Of a stretch of 37,059 nucleotides of DNA, positions 1-10,840 are shown piece by piece. The DNA is from Paraglomus brasilianum (Eukaryota). Position 1 is the stretch's first letter, and each line of letters begins with the position of its first letter. The position numbers were made by a program, and so were the translations under genes. The notes under the pieces are model-generated. The model ran no database searches. It saw only the letters and a list, made by a program, of their open reading frames with translations, and had not been told where the DNA came from. The stretch spans positions 1 to 37,059 of the forward strand of contig CAJVPI010000276.1 in NCBI GenBank assembly GCA_910592345.1. Reading direction: 5' to 3'.

Positions 1-89
1 CTGCTACTAAATCTTAAATTATGAACGTGTTTTGCATATTAGTCTCAAATCAATGGATATAATATAATTGAACAAGACTATAATATGAT

Positions 90-219
90 TGTGACTGTAA
101 AGAAGGTAAATCACTATGAAAATGACAACTTAAGTTGAAAATGACTGGGACCGGAGCAGCCTGTGACTGTATAGGAGGTGTGACTATATAGGAGGTGACT
201 GTAGGGGAGGTTGACTGTA
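90..219. mobile_element. Right end of a Tc1/mariner (pogo/Tigger-like) MITE with subterminal repeats
   Basis: Four copies of (T)GTGACTRTANRGRAGG at ~90-106, 162-178, 179-195 and 195-210, ending in TTGACTG|TA at 211-219. The minus strand reads TA-CAGTCAACCTCCCCTACAGTCAC, the usual TA+CAGT pogo/Tigger TIR layout. The partner end is not found in the window. Confidence 0.55.
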
Positions 220-322
220 TTAGTATACCTTTCATTTGTCGGCGGGTAATCGAACCGACCAATAAAAAAATGACATTACGTGAATCACGTGAGTTGCACT
301 TAGGGAAATAAATCTATTACTA

Positions 323-679
323 CTAGAACGAATCTGTTGCAATTGCAGAACACGGGAGGGCATTTATCCGACCGAGCAAAATGTTGCATTTAGCACTTAT
401 GGGGGTTGCATTTATGGAGGGTTTACTGTACATTGATTCAGCTCTCTTGTCTATGGAAAAATCAACGCAGTCTTTCAGAAATACACAGAGTCGAATCAGA
501 TCATTGCAGTTTTTATAAACATTAGTTTTTTGAGTTGGTGAACAACAAGTCTGGTTGCTTCCTTCAAATTCCCTCGACTTGCTTTCATCCAATGCTGTAT
601 TCGGCCATTGAACGATATGGTTATCCGGATCATGAAAAATGCTCGCTTCTCTAACTATTGATTCGATTTTAGGATCCAA
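323..679 (-). pseudogene. Degenerate fragment of a repetitive Mucoromycota/Glomeromycotina gene family
   Basis: The ORF contains VQWPNTALDESKSREFEG and NVYKNCNDLIRLCVFLKDCVD, motifs I recall from a multicopy family in these fungi. The ORF track start is a non-ATG codon, the segment between the motifs looks shortened, and it sits beside a MITE end. The family assignment is from memory and unverified. Confidence 0.35.
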
Positions 680-902
680 TGCAATTTGTTGCGAATTCTT
701 TTGAATTTGAGTATCATATATTTCATTCGCTATTTCTTATAAATATGCGTTTTGTTTTCAAATAGAAGGCGAAGCAAGTTTTCGTATTAACAATAACACA
801 GTGGTGATCATAACCATGTTAATCCTCGTCACATTACCGTCACCACCATGGTGTGTATTTCATAATCTAATCAGAGATTAATTTATTTAAAGCTGTGAAT
901 TT

Positions 903-2892
903 TCACTTTTTCTTAGACAATGGCTTAACAAAAGGTAAGAAATCCCTTCCATCCATGTATGGCCTCAAAGGTTCCGGTATGATAACACCCTGAATTATTT
1001 AAATAAAAAAATTAGTCGTTGGCCCCAAACAATTATCATCTAATGTAAATATTCACCTCAGGAGTCTGCCAGTTCTCCAAAAGACAACACAAAGTCCTTT
1101 CAGTAGCACAAAGTGTAGCATTTAAACAATGCACATATTTCTTCTCTCTATCCCCCATCTTCTTTGTACCACAACGTATCTCCAACCTCCTGCTTTGATA
1201 ATCAGTACAATTGCTGCAACTGACTAGTTCCTTATACTCTCCTTGGAATGGGAACCATGCCTCAAGATCATATTTCTTTGCTGCAGCATTATTCAGTGAA
1301 CCAGAGACAATAGAGACAATACGATAAGGCAGGCCGAGTGATTGATAAAACTCCTCCGAGTTGGAAATCATACGATCAAATTCATCCCATGAGGTTTCAG
1401 GTGTGGTAAGAACGAACTGTTCTATTTTTTCAAATTGATGTACACGGAAGATACCCCAGGTGTCTTTGCCATGGGCTCCAGCTTCCTTGCGGAAACATGT
1501 TGAGTAACCCGCATATCTTTGAAAATCAAAGCGTAAGACAATTTGTAAGAAGAAATCAAGGTATTTATATATATTGATTGAGAGAAATATGATTTCCGAG
1601 AGAAAAAGAATAGTGCTCAGTATACAAACTGTGTACCTTATTGGTAACTGTTCGGAAGGTCTTTCAAACCATTCATTGGCATGGAAAGCCGATATCGGTT
1701 GTTCTGAAGTGGCAATCAAATATTTATCATCACCATCTCCAACTACCTGTATTATTTACCCAGTTGTAAAAGTAAGCTTTATAAATGACATCTATCAGAT
1801 TACCCCCATCAATACCTTATACAGCTCTTCATCAAACTGCTCTAATTGAGCTGTCTTTGCCATGCATTCTTTTCTCATAAAAAAAGGTGTCTGTAGCTTC
1901 ATGTATCCTTTCTTTCTCAAGAAAGAAAGACCGTACTGTATAAGTGCCAAGTTAAAATCAACACCTTCATTTGTAAGAAAATAACCACGATGTCCAGATA
2001 TTTTCGTGCCTATTGATACATTGTAGATTATTCATTAGAACTATACAACAAACATGAGAATTCGATAACAATTAACACGACCATAATGACCGTATTGTCG
2101 TGGTCAATTCTTATACTTGCAAAATAGTGCCAATTTTACATACCCCTTTCGGCGTCATAACCATCAATCCTATGTAAAACATCATGATGGGATAATATGT
2201 CATCCTTCTTCACAGGTTTATTTACATGTTCTCCTTCCTGGTCGGCTGGTTCCCATGTCTTAACAATCTCGTTATTTTCCTCATCCATTGAAGTGGGAAC
2301 TGACTGATGGACAATATTACCAATAGCGGATGCTTCAGATTTCAGTATCTCTTCCTTTTCTTTTTCAAGAGCCATCAATCGCTCTTTCTCTTTTGTTTTT
2401 GCCTCCTTCTGTGAGATGAGATCTGAGGCATTCTCTTTTGCCTTTGGTTAAAATATGTGAAATAAATTGTAGATACAATTCGAGTGAAGACATAGGCTAA
2501 TAAAGCTTTTGACAATTACTACGTGTCAAGTATATATTTCATCCTTCGGAAGTTGCTTTTTTCAGTCACCTTCATTTTCTTGCCAATATCTTTTTGAATA
2601 GCGTTTATCGCTTTGTTTACTTGGTCAAGATCAAATCGAACTGAACACAGCGGTAGCAAATATATAAAAATTATGTTAGCGCTGAACCATATTGTAATCG
2701 ATCAGACTTTCTTTTTCAAAGTCGCGCAAGTATAGTGGGTTTTGAATAATAAAACTGACCTCTTCTCCATTCATCGTATAAAGCAATAATTTTATCAACC
2801 AGTTCAACAGAAGCACCCCTTCTGCGCTGGGACTCGCGGATAAGCTCAGGGTTTCCTCCTTTTTCGACTTGAAACAGGTTAAGGTCAAGCAT
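903..2892 (-). CDS. SES1: Cytosolic seryl-tRNA synthetase, multi-exon
   Basis: Starts [26 protein letters not shown] (ATG 2892-2890). Class II motifs [51 protein letters not shown] and [12 protein letters not shown] are present. The last exon is [28 protein letters not shown] (TGA 905-903). GT-AG introns. Confidence 0.97.
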
Positions 2893-3139
2893 TTTTCGCA
2901 GTTTTTGTCAACGACATTCAGGGAACAATTATTGATTATTTAGTGCTACAAATAGTCTAATGGTCACGTGATAAAAGTTAAACTGTAGGAATAAAGATCA
3001 ATTTATTGATATTGTTTTCCACATCGTGAGCGAAGCTTCTATATACAGATACAGCCTTTTAACCGATCACAGAATCTCACGCTGACTATCGTAAATAAGG
3101 TTTTACGTTCTCTTGGCCAACTATCGCAAGGAATTTTGT

Positions 3140-3961
3140 TCACATCAACGTTTTTCTTTTAGCTATTATACCGACGACTAAAGCACCAAGTGCTACTAAA
3201 ACTCCTGTTATAGCAGCTCCAATTATTCCTTCTATTGAAATAAACGAAGAAATTGTTAGAAGTCTGACAATACGTTGCTAGCAGGGAATAACAATGTCAC
3301 TATCTAAATACAGAAACAACGTATTAAAAGAGAATGTTCTACCTCGATTCACTTTCTCGTCTATTACTTCTGCTAGACTTAAAGCTTGCTGATTGTTAGG
3401 TTCAAGTTGAAGCAACTGATTATTATGCTCTTTCGCTTTTCGATATTCTCCCACTTTATAGTGACCAAGGGCTAGATAGTATAGACATTCTCGTCGTCGC
3501 TCTCGTGACTCGTTATATATCTCTAACAAATGATGTGACTCACCGTCAGGTTTGAGTATGCTAACGTTGGCTCTCTCGCTTATTAAAGCTCATTATGTGG
3601 TGAAACCTATTTAACTGTGACTAACCAAACATACCATAGAAAAGTTTAATGCCCTCTTTATTGCAAGTTTGCCTTCGGCTTCGAACTAACCCCCAGGCAT
3701 AGTTGAATTTTGTTTGAGTCGTTACCTCCGGAAGTTCTTTCTGATAACGTCCTTTCAATACCTGCGTGTTTTCAGATCACAATTCAAAAGTGAGAGTCAA
3801 AAACAGTAACTTTATTATCCACCATTCACTGACTGCTCAGTGCTCCTACCACATTATTAGCCTTCAAACGAGAATAGAATTACTACGAACGCACTTACTT
3901 CTAACTCGGCATTTCCAAGTGGAACGTCGGCTTCAATAGCGTATGGAAGTTTCTCTGACAT
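3140..3961 (-). CDS. FIS1: Mitochondrial fission protein Fis1 (TPR-like, tail-anchored), 4 exons
   Basis: Spliced protein MSEKLPYAIEADVPLGNAELE|VLKGRYQKE..QTKFNYAWGLVRS..|EIYNESRERRRECLYYLALGHYKVGEY..LEPNNQQA..|GIIGAAITGVLVALGALVVGIIAKRKTLM*. It has the Fis1 signatures, a C-terminal TM and a basic tail. Confidence 0.95.
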
Positions 3962-4244
3962 AGTGGATAATGATAACTATGATGGCGGAGGCAGTCATTA
4001 GTATTAGTATTAATAAGTAAGATATCGATGACGTCAGCGAATGTGCGTAACGTCATAATGATTATATCGATTAACTTGGCGAAAGGTGTCTGCTCTTGAT
4101 TCGTATTCTTACCAATCCTTTTGCCAAAGACTACCAATAACAATTTACCGAGCAAAATGCGGTTTGTTAGCCGTGCCTTTATCACGCCCGCGAGAGCCAT
4201 TGCCACAAAATATGACCCGATTGGTTTCGTTATTTAGGAAATAT

Positions 4245-4353
4245 TACGTTCACAATTGCAATCAAGGGTAATTACTAAGCGCGCCAGAAAGTCGATATAA
4301 TACGTTCACAATTGCAATCAAGGGTAATTACTAAGCGCCAGAAAGTCGATATA
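4245..4353. repeat. Tandem duplication of a ~56-bp unit (2 copies)
   Basis: TACGTTCACAATTGCAATCAAGGGTAATTACTAAGCG(CG)CCAGAAAGTCGATATA at 4245-4300 and 4301-4353, differing only by a 2-bp indel. Confidence 0.95.
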
Positions 4354-4597
4354 GTTGTTCGAACTGAATGTTACTCTTTATTAGTAATGGTATTTGTAAA
4401 CAATTTACAAATAATTGACATTAAAGTCTTCTTAAACAGTCTGAAAGAAGGTCACCGAAATCTAAATGCATTAGCTGTGGTGTGCTCAGTGAGACCAAAC
4501 GATTCAATAACCGATTCGGTCTAGTTTCTCAATCGTAATTTCAGACACATATACACTCCAAACCGAGATTCTGTATCTGATTAATAAACTCCCACAT

Positions 4598-5211
4598 TCA
4601 CTTTTGAACTTCTTGTTCCTCAGCCGTAGCTGCTCGCAATTCCTCAAATCGATTGGAATCAACAACCTGTCAAGCAGATAGTCTTTAAGTATGTTATACA
4701 ATAAAATGGTGTAACCCTAATCCTAACTAAAGGGCAGGAAAAGTGAAAATATTAGACAACAACTTACTTCTACTTTGCTGGACCGTCGATCTGTTTCTGT
4801 CTCAGCATCCTTCTCCAAATCATATTTTGGGAAGTTATCCATAAGTTCATAATGTTCATCTAATTCAGTGGCGGCCTCTACAGTTACATTGCCCCAATTG
4901 TATTGACCGGCTCCTTCCTATAGTAGTTGTCGAAAAGAAAGCGAATTCAGGATATTTGATTAATAAGTATGAAACAAAGCATCAAAAACGAACGCGATCA
5001 CGACATACTTTCTTTGGTATTCCTCGCAAGTCGCCGAGTGGAGACCTATATCAATACATGTTACAAATCGTTATCGCTACCAATATATCATTAAAAGCTC
5101 GTACCCTATGAAGCGCCTTATCCATCTACCCACGCAAATCAACCCACAGTTCTACCTTTGATAATGCCTGTCGTGTCTCATAGCAGCTGGTGATTGTTTA
5201 CTTCGAGTCAT
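4598..5211 (-). CDS. Small Stf2/Tma10-like hydrophilic protein (~103 aa, 4 exons), not in the ORF track
   Basis: Spliced translation MTRSKQSPAAMRHDRHYQR|SPLGDLRGIPKK|EGAGQYNWGNVTVEAATELDEHYELMDNFPKYDLEKDAETETDRRSSKVE|VVDSNRFEELRAATAEEQEVQK*. Splice phases are consistent. The MTR start, KKxGxGxxNWG motif and DRRxS match yeast Stf2/Tma10; the NWG motif also occurs in HABP4/SERBP1-type proteins. Confidence 0.82.
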
Positions 5212-5284
5212 AGTCACAACTGTGGATGAATTCTTGTGAGCAACTAATTTATATTCTTTTGTGGCGTGATCGAATCTCATGTCC

Positions 5285-5309
5285 AGAAAGCTGCAGAACC
5301 TTCTCGATT
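5285..5309. promoter_or_regulatory. Heat-shock-element-like nGAAn array in the divergent promoter
   Basis: aGAAa gCTGc aGAAc cTTCt cGATt: 5-bp-phased units at 5285-5309, between the Stf2-like ATG (5211) and the CDC37 ATG (5462). Confidence 0.45.
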
Positions 5310-5461
5310 TTAATTGTCCCAATTAAGTAAGTGATCAACATTATTTCGCACAGATAAATCTCCGGCCTGCGATTGTTGCTTTAACTGCCAAAGAAAGTGT
5401 CGAAACACCTATAAGCACGCCCGAAGATACTATATTTATCTACATTTCACAAATAAACGAA

Positions 5462-7196
5462 ATGCCGATTGATTACAGTAAATGGGATAGGCTCGAGCTT
5501 TCCGACGACGATGACTTTGAGTGTCATCCCAACGTCGATAAAGCATCCCTCATTCGCTGGAAACAAGCAGACATTCACCGGAAACGAGAGGAGCGTAAAC
5601 AAAAGATTGCCGCTCTCCAAGCCGAAATTGCTCAAAATGATGTTCTTCTTGATCGAATTAGCGCAATGATTTCGCAGGTTGAATCAGATGGCGTTTCTGC
5701 ATTCCTGAAAACTGTTGAAGATTTGCGTGAGATGAACAAGAAAACTGCTGAACAGGAGGCTCAGCGCGAGACCCAGGGGACTGAAGAGAGGATGCCGTCC
5801 TTTGATGAGATGATGGCGGTACTTTGCGAAAAGATTAAAGCGGAAGTCGAACACGAGAGTGAAGAGAAAGTTGGAGAACAGTTGGTAAGCAAACTAAAGG
5901 AACATAGGGAGAAATTAGCAGCGAGGACCAAGGAGGTCAAACTGGAATGGGAGAAGGAAGAAACAGAGGCTCATAGAAAAATTACTATGGACGACATACA
6001 CACTGGATTTGACAATACGGTGGGTCAATTGTTGGATAAACACAATACGATACTTATGTGGCTAGTCTGGGAGTTTGTACTGATATTTTCGAACATTGCT
6101 GTAGAGAGTGAGCAAGGCTACCAAAACGGACCCACATAAGACGGCATCCGTGTCGACAAATTCTGAAAGGGCTGCCAACAAGTCTAGCTCAGAAGCAGTA
6201 ACGAAGCCTACAAAGGTAAGATTATGCTGATCGCAATGTGTATCAATTTGATTATTATCGCTATCGTCAATTGTTTGATGGGCGCTCTCGACTATATTAT
6301 TTTCGCTAGACCAAGTCTCCCAGCTCGAAACCAGCATCTTCAACAGTTAGTTCGACGGAAGAGGTTGCTGATGACGATGAAGGAATGATCCCGTCAGACC
6401 TTACCAAAGCGTTTGCAAAGGCCAAAGGTTATGATGAAAGCTACAAGTTTATTTCAGATAATCCAGAGATCATTAATCAGGAAGCTGTCGACCAATTGCT
6501 TGCAGAAGCGTTCCAGGCTCAGCTAAAGAAAAAGACAAAGTATGCTAAACAGTGCGTACATCAAGGTTGGCTCATTCAATACTGCCAAAAACTAGGTCCG
6601 GATGGTGTAAGACTGTTCTTCAGGAGGTTAGTCATGAATATCGAACATTTACGAAAATATGCCAACAAGTGTATAAATTAACGCGCTCTAAATATCTCGT
6701 CAGAATAACGACAATGGAAAGTGCCCGTGAAGTATTTGAAAAAGATGTTAAGGATACTTATGAGCATATCTGTAAGCGCTGTGAAGTAATCGAGAAGGAA
6801 AAGGAGAGCCAGCCACAAGTCGAACAAATCCAAATAGAAATGACAGGTCCTGGCAATACTCTCAGTGTTCACATACCAGACGAAAATTCTGACGATCCAG
6901 CCGAGGTATCACGATTTAGAAATTTCATGACCTTGTCTGAAGATATGCGTGAAGCGCTCAAGACAGGTGAATTAGAAAAGATCAACAAGGTTCTTGGAAG
7001 TCTGCCAGTGTCTGAGGCCGAAAAGATACTGGAGATTTGTAATCAGAGTGAGGTACTGAGAGTTGAGCCTGGTATAATTGACACTACTAAAGGGGAAACT
7101 ATTCCCACCAGGGAGATGATGGAAGATAATGATGGGCAAGATGGGCAAGATGTGCAAGATGTGGAAGGGAGCCAGGAAGATATGATAGACGAATAA
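5462..7196 (+). CDS. CDC37: Hsp90 kinase co-chaperone Cdc37, multi-exon
   Basis: Diagnostic N-terminus MPIDYSKWDRLELSDDDDFECHPNVDKASLIRWKQ, middle domain AKQCVHQGWLIQYCQKLGPDGVRLFF, C-terminal MREALKTGELEKINKVLG, stop TAA ending 7196. Confidence 0.96.
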
Positions 7197-7377
7197 CAAG
7201 CAGAAAGTAGTGTGGATGTATGATTTTAGACAAAATTTTGGATTTGTTAGAGTTGCATGGTTTGAAATCCTATGTTTATAGTTTAAATTATATTTTACGC
7301 ATATTTGGAGATGTAAATTCATTTGTAATAAACTTTACCACGTTCATAATGAACACAGATCAGCATTTATATATAAA

Positions 7378-9782
7378 TTATATATTAATTTGATGCTGTT
7401 GTTTGAATTGTTCAATATTCACAACTTGCCCCGTTCTTCTTGCGTGCTCAGCAGCAAATACATACAGATGCGAATCTAAATAGTTCAACGAAATGACACG
7501 TCAGCATGTCGTCATAACGCCGAGTATAAATAAATCCATTACGCGAAACCTTTTATTTAATTTCATTTGTTCATACTTACTGAATGCTTCAGTGGCACCA
7601 TCACGTGTAGATACTGTCGCGATCTCCTTTAGAAAGGCCTCAACTAGGGCAATATCACCTCCACCTATAATTCCGTGTGGCAAACAATTTTTTTCACTCA
7701 GTTTCGGGTACAGTAAACATGATGATTATCATAACATACTCACCATGTCCTCGCATATCAAACATTCCAGTAATTTTGCTTGGCGTTAAGACTTCGCGAG
7801 TACCGGTTACGAAATCATCGAACCGAATGCTATCCATACCATCACAGTCAAGTTGGCCTTTAGTGCCGAATATTCTACAACAGCATTTGTTAGTTATTAA
7901 CAGACTAATGCTACCATACATGCTTGGTGTTATATAACTTACTTTGTCTCTCGAACGCATACAGACTTTGTGAATGCAACCATAGTACAAGATGCAGTTG
8001 CGCCGCTGGCAAACTCCATGTTAACAACCTGATGATCAACTACATCATTATCACATTCGTAAACACAGCGGCCATATGGACCTTCACGAAGCGCTTTATC
8101 CACACTTTCAATGTCTACAAAATCGAATGTTATTAAATGATATTTGTATGAAAAAGGAAACAAAAACTACGATATAGCTTACCAACAACGTCAGCAAGAA
8201 CCGAAATTGGCCACATTTTTTGGCCCCTTGATGCAGGATCCAAGTAGATGGATTTCGCTGAATATTGACAATTCTTTTCATGTGCGCACTCTAGGCATCG
8301 ACTAAAGGGCAGTTAGGTATAATGAGGATTATCTAACTGACACAAAGTGAGGTGTGACGGGAGCTTACGTTGCTTTTCCAGCTTCCTCGGGTTTGTTTTC
8401 CCGTTTAAAGTGAGTGAGATTGCCAAAAGAGCTTATTCGCTGAGATAAATGCCATCGGTTAGTGGAACTACGAGAGTTGATGTACGACGATAAAGACGTT
8501 TACGTACCACACATGGCGAATGCATCCACTGAGCGATTAGATCTAAACAAGTGATAACCAACGTTAGTTATAGTGATATACTGAAATAGGTTATCTCGGA
8601 TTTCTTGAATGTGAGGACATACCAATATCATGGCATGACTTTGTCATTAATGAGAAACTGGACTCGCTCTCCTTCCTCCAGTTGCCCCTAACGTACTATG
8701 ATGGAAAAAGAGTGCATTATTGCCCAAACCAATTACGAAGCAGCGCAAGCCTACTCGCTTGAATAACTTACAGAGTGTGCAAAATGCCAAAATCCAACTG
8801 GCTCCACATGTTGGATATTGATGATATCCCCTAATACGCCAGAATCGATCATCTGGTTTATTACCCGGTTATGTGCCGTATATCTGAGCACATGAGCTAT
8901 TTGTGAATTCAAAATTATTTGTGAATCAATTGTATTAATTATCGTATTGTTGTAATATAAGATAGACTTACCAATAGTGAATACAACCTACAATCATCAT
9001 AGTATTAATGGCACGTCAGAACAATTATTTGAGCAAGTGGTCAACAAAAGATCTCGATGCTTATTATTACTTGATTTCTCAAAGCAGCTCTCGTGATTTC
9101 ATAACATTCTTGCAGACTAGGTGCCATTGGTTTTTCAAGAAGAATATGATATTTTAAATCTGCAAAGGCGATGGCTGGTTCGAAATGCTGACTATCCAGA
9201 GTGCAGATAACAACGGCATCACAAAATTTCGGGAGCCTTGCCAACTGGATCAAACAATAAACAATTATTAAACCAGACAATCTGCGGTACAGTCAGCATT
9301 ATAACATCCAACCTCTCTCCAATCTTCGAAGACGTGTTCGTTGGGAATATGATGATCCTGAAATATTTATGTTATTAGCAAGATGAACGCTAATTTAATA
9401 AAAATAATCATGCAATTGTAATTAATTTTAAACCTCTGCCAGACGTTGTCTACGAGCATTCACGGGCTCAGCTACTGCGACCACCCGCATCCATTTACGA
9501 TTCTCCAAAGCATAATACGCGTAACCTTTCCCTCTGCGCAATATATTTAAAGTATCAATGGGAAATTATCTTCTTAGTTGTCTTTGATTCGGACGACCAA
9601 CTATGATACCTCATTCCAGCTCCAATGATAGCAACCGTGATGGGTTTGTTTGGGGCCGGTATCGCCTCTGGTCTCTGCTTTGTTAATAATTGCACTATCG
9701 CTGATTGTTCAACTCGGTCAATTTTGAGAGGCGGCTCTTTTTTTACTTCTCCACTAAGCATTGGAAACATTTTGCCGAACAT
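7378..9782 (-). CDS. Gfo/Idh/MocA family NAD(P)-dependent oxidoreductase, many short exons
   Basis: Rossmann motif [83 protein letters not shown], and a final [28 protein letters not shown] lies ~30 bp upstream of ATG 9782. Confidence 0.92.
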
Positions 9783-9824
9783 TTTGATAAATGGATTGCA
9801 AAGCGAAGCTTATATAGCAGTATC

Positions 9825-9851
9825 ATTACTCCGATTACTCCGATTACTCCG
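9825..9851. repeat. (ATTACTCCG)x3 tandem repeat in the oxidoreductase core promoter
   Basis: Three exact 9-mers at 9825, 9834 and 9843; they read CGGAGTAAT x3 on the gene's strand. Confidence 0.9.
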
Positions 9852-10689
9852 TTAACCATCATGGCTACGTTTCACACAAGTGTACAGCATTTCTTATTCG
9901 TGTGACGTCAACGACAATAGTAATTTCTTGCTCTCTACACACATCGATACTATCTGACATATTTCCTTCATACAAAGCAACTTAAAAGAACTTTGTATTC
10001 CAATCCTTTTATTAAAAGCTGGGTTAGGTTATTTTTATTTTGTGTTTCCATAATCATATCGTGACGATGGAGATCGCGTCTACATTATCGCCTAGTCGCC
10101 AATAATTTTAAATGACTTGAAGGCATAACGGCATTTTATAACGTTAAAAATAATAATAGTTTAATGACTCTATATATGGTCTGTAATGCAACCTATTCTT
10201 TTTTAATTCAGCAATTTTACTATTAATGGCAACAGCATCACATAAATGCAGTTGAATATGCATGCAGCGAAAGGACGTTGACAGATGTGAAGTAGATGTT
10301 GATGGCGTATATTTCTCTCTCTATTCCAATGTTTTACGCAGTACCGCATACGCAACGACAAATATTGCGGTGACAACTTACACGAATGTTTAGATAATTA
10401 GTTGCGGTGGTAACGATGCTAAAAATGACCGTATCGCGAGCGCAACAGTTTTAGATACATAGTTTGCTTACGTAGTTGGACTTTCCGCTAGATTAAAAAC
10501 ATGGGCGCACTAATCGATTACCTTAATAACGAGTGGAGCCCATCAATAATCTGGTATAGTTGGAATAGAACATTTCGGTATAATTTTTGCGACCAATATA
10601 TTTACGCGTTATTCACTATGGTTAATTTATGTAAAAGCACTTATACAAATCTTTATTGCTTTCGACGCAGCTAAAATGTTTAATATGAA

Positions 10690-10840
10690 TACAAGTGAAT
10701 CTCGATATAATGACATCTTGTTATAACGACAGAAATCGTAGAGCAATAAATCTATATTGCTTTAGTTGTCGAATTCTCGATATAGTGACCATTTGGGTTG
10801 GTTGGAACCGAGCGGGTCGTTATATCGAGACCCACTTGTA
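10690..10840. mobile_element. Complete 147-bp Tc1/mariner-type MITE with TA target-site duplication
   Basis: Left end TA|CAAGTGAATCTCGATATAATGAC (10692). The right end reverse-complements to TA|CAAGTGGGTCTCGATATAACGAC (ends 10838), a 20/23 TIR match. Internal TIR-like copies at ~10718-10730 and ~10775-10789. Confidence 0.88.

Noticed and set aside
160..217. Short regularly spaced repeats as a CRISPR-like array
   Set aside because: There are no unique spacers, the context is eukaryotic, and they fit transposon subterminal repeats.
3536..3542. TGACTCA (Gcn4-type site) ~640 bp upstream of SES1
   Set aside because: It is a single 7-mer inside a FIS1 intron and is expected by chance in 37 kb.
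3901..4701. ORFs 3901-4206, 4086-4271, 4312-4524 and 4504-4701
   Set aside because: They are out-of-frame overlaps of FIS1 exon 1, the tandem duplication or the last Stf2-like exon, with no protein-like features.
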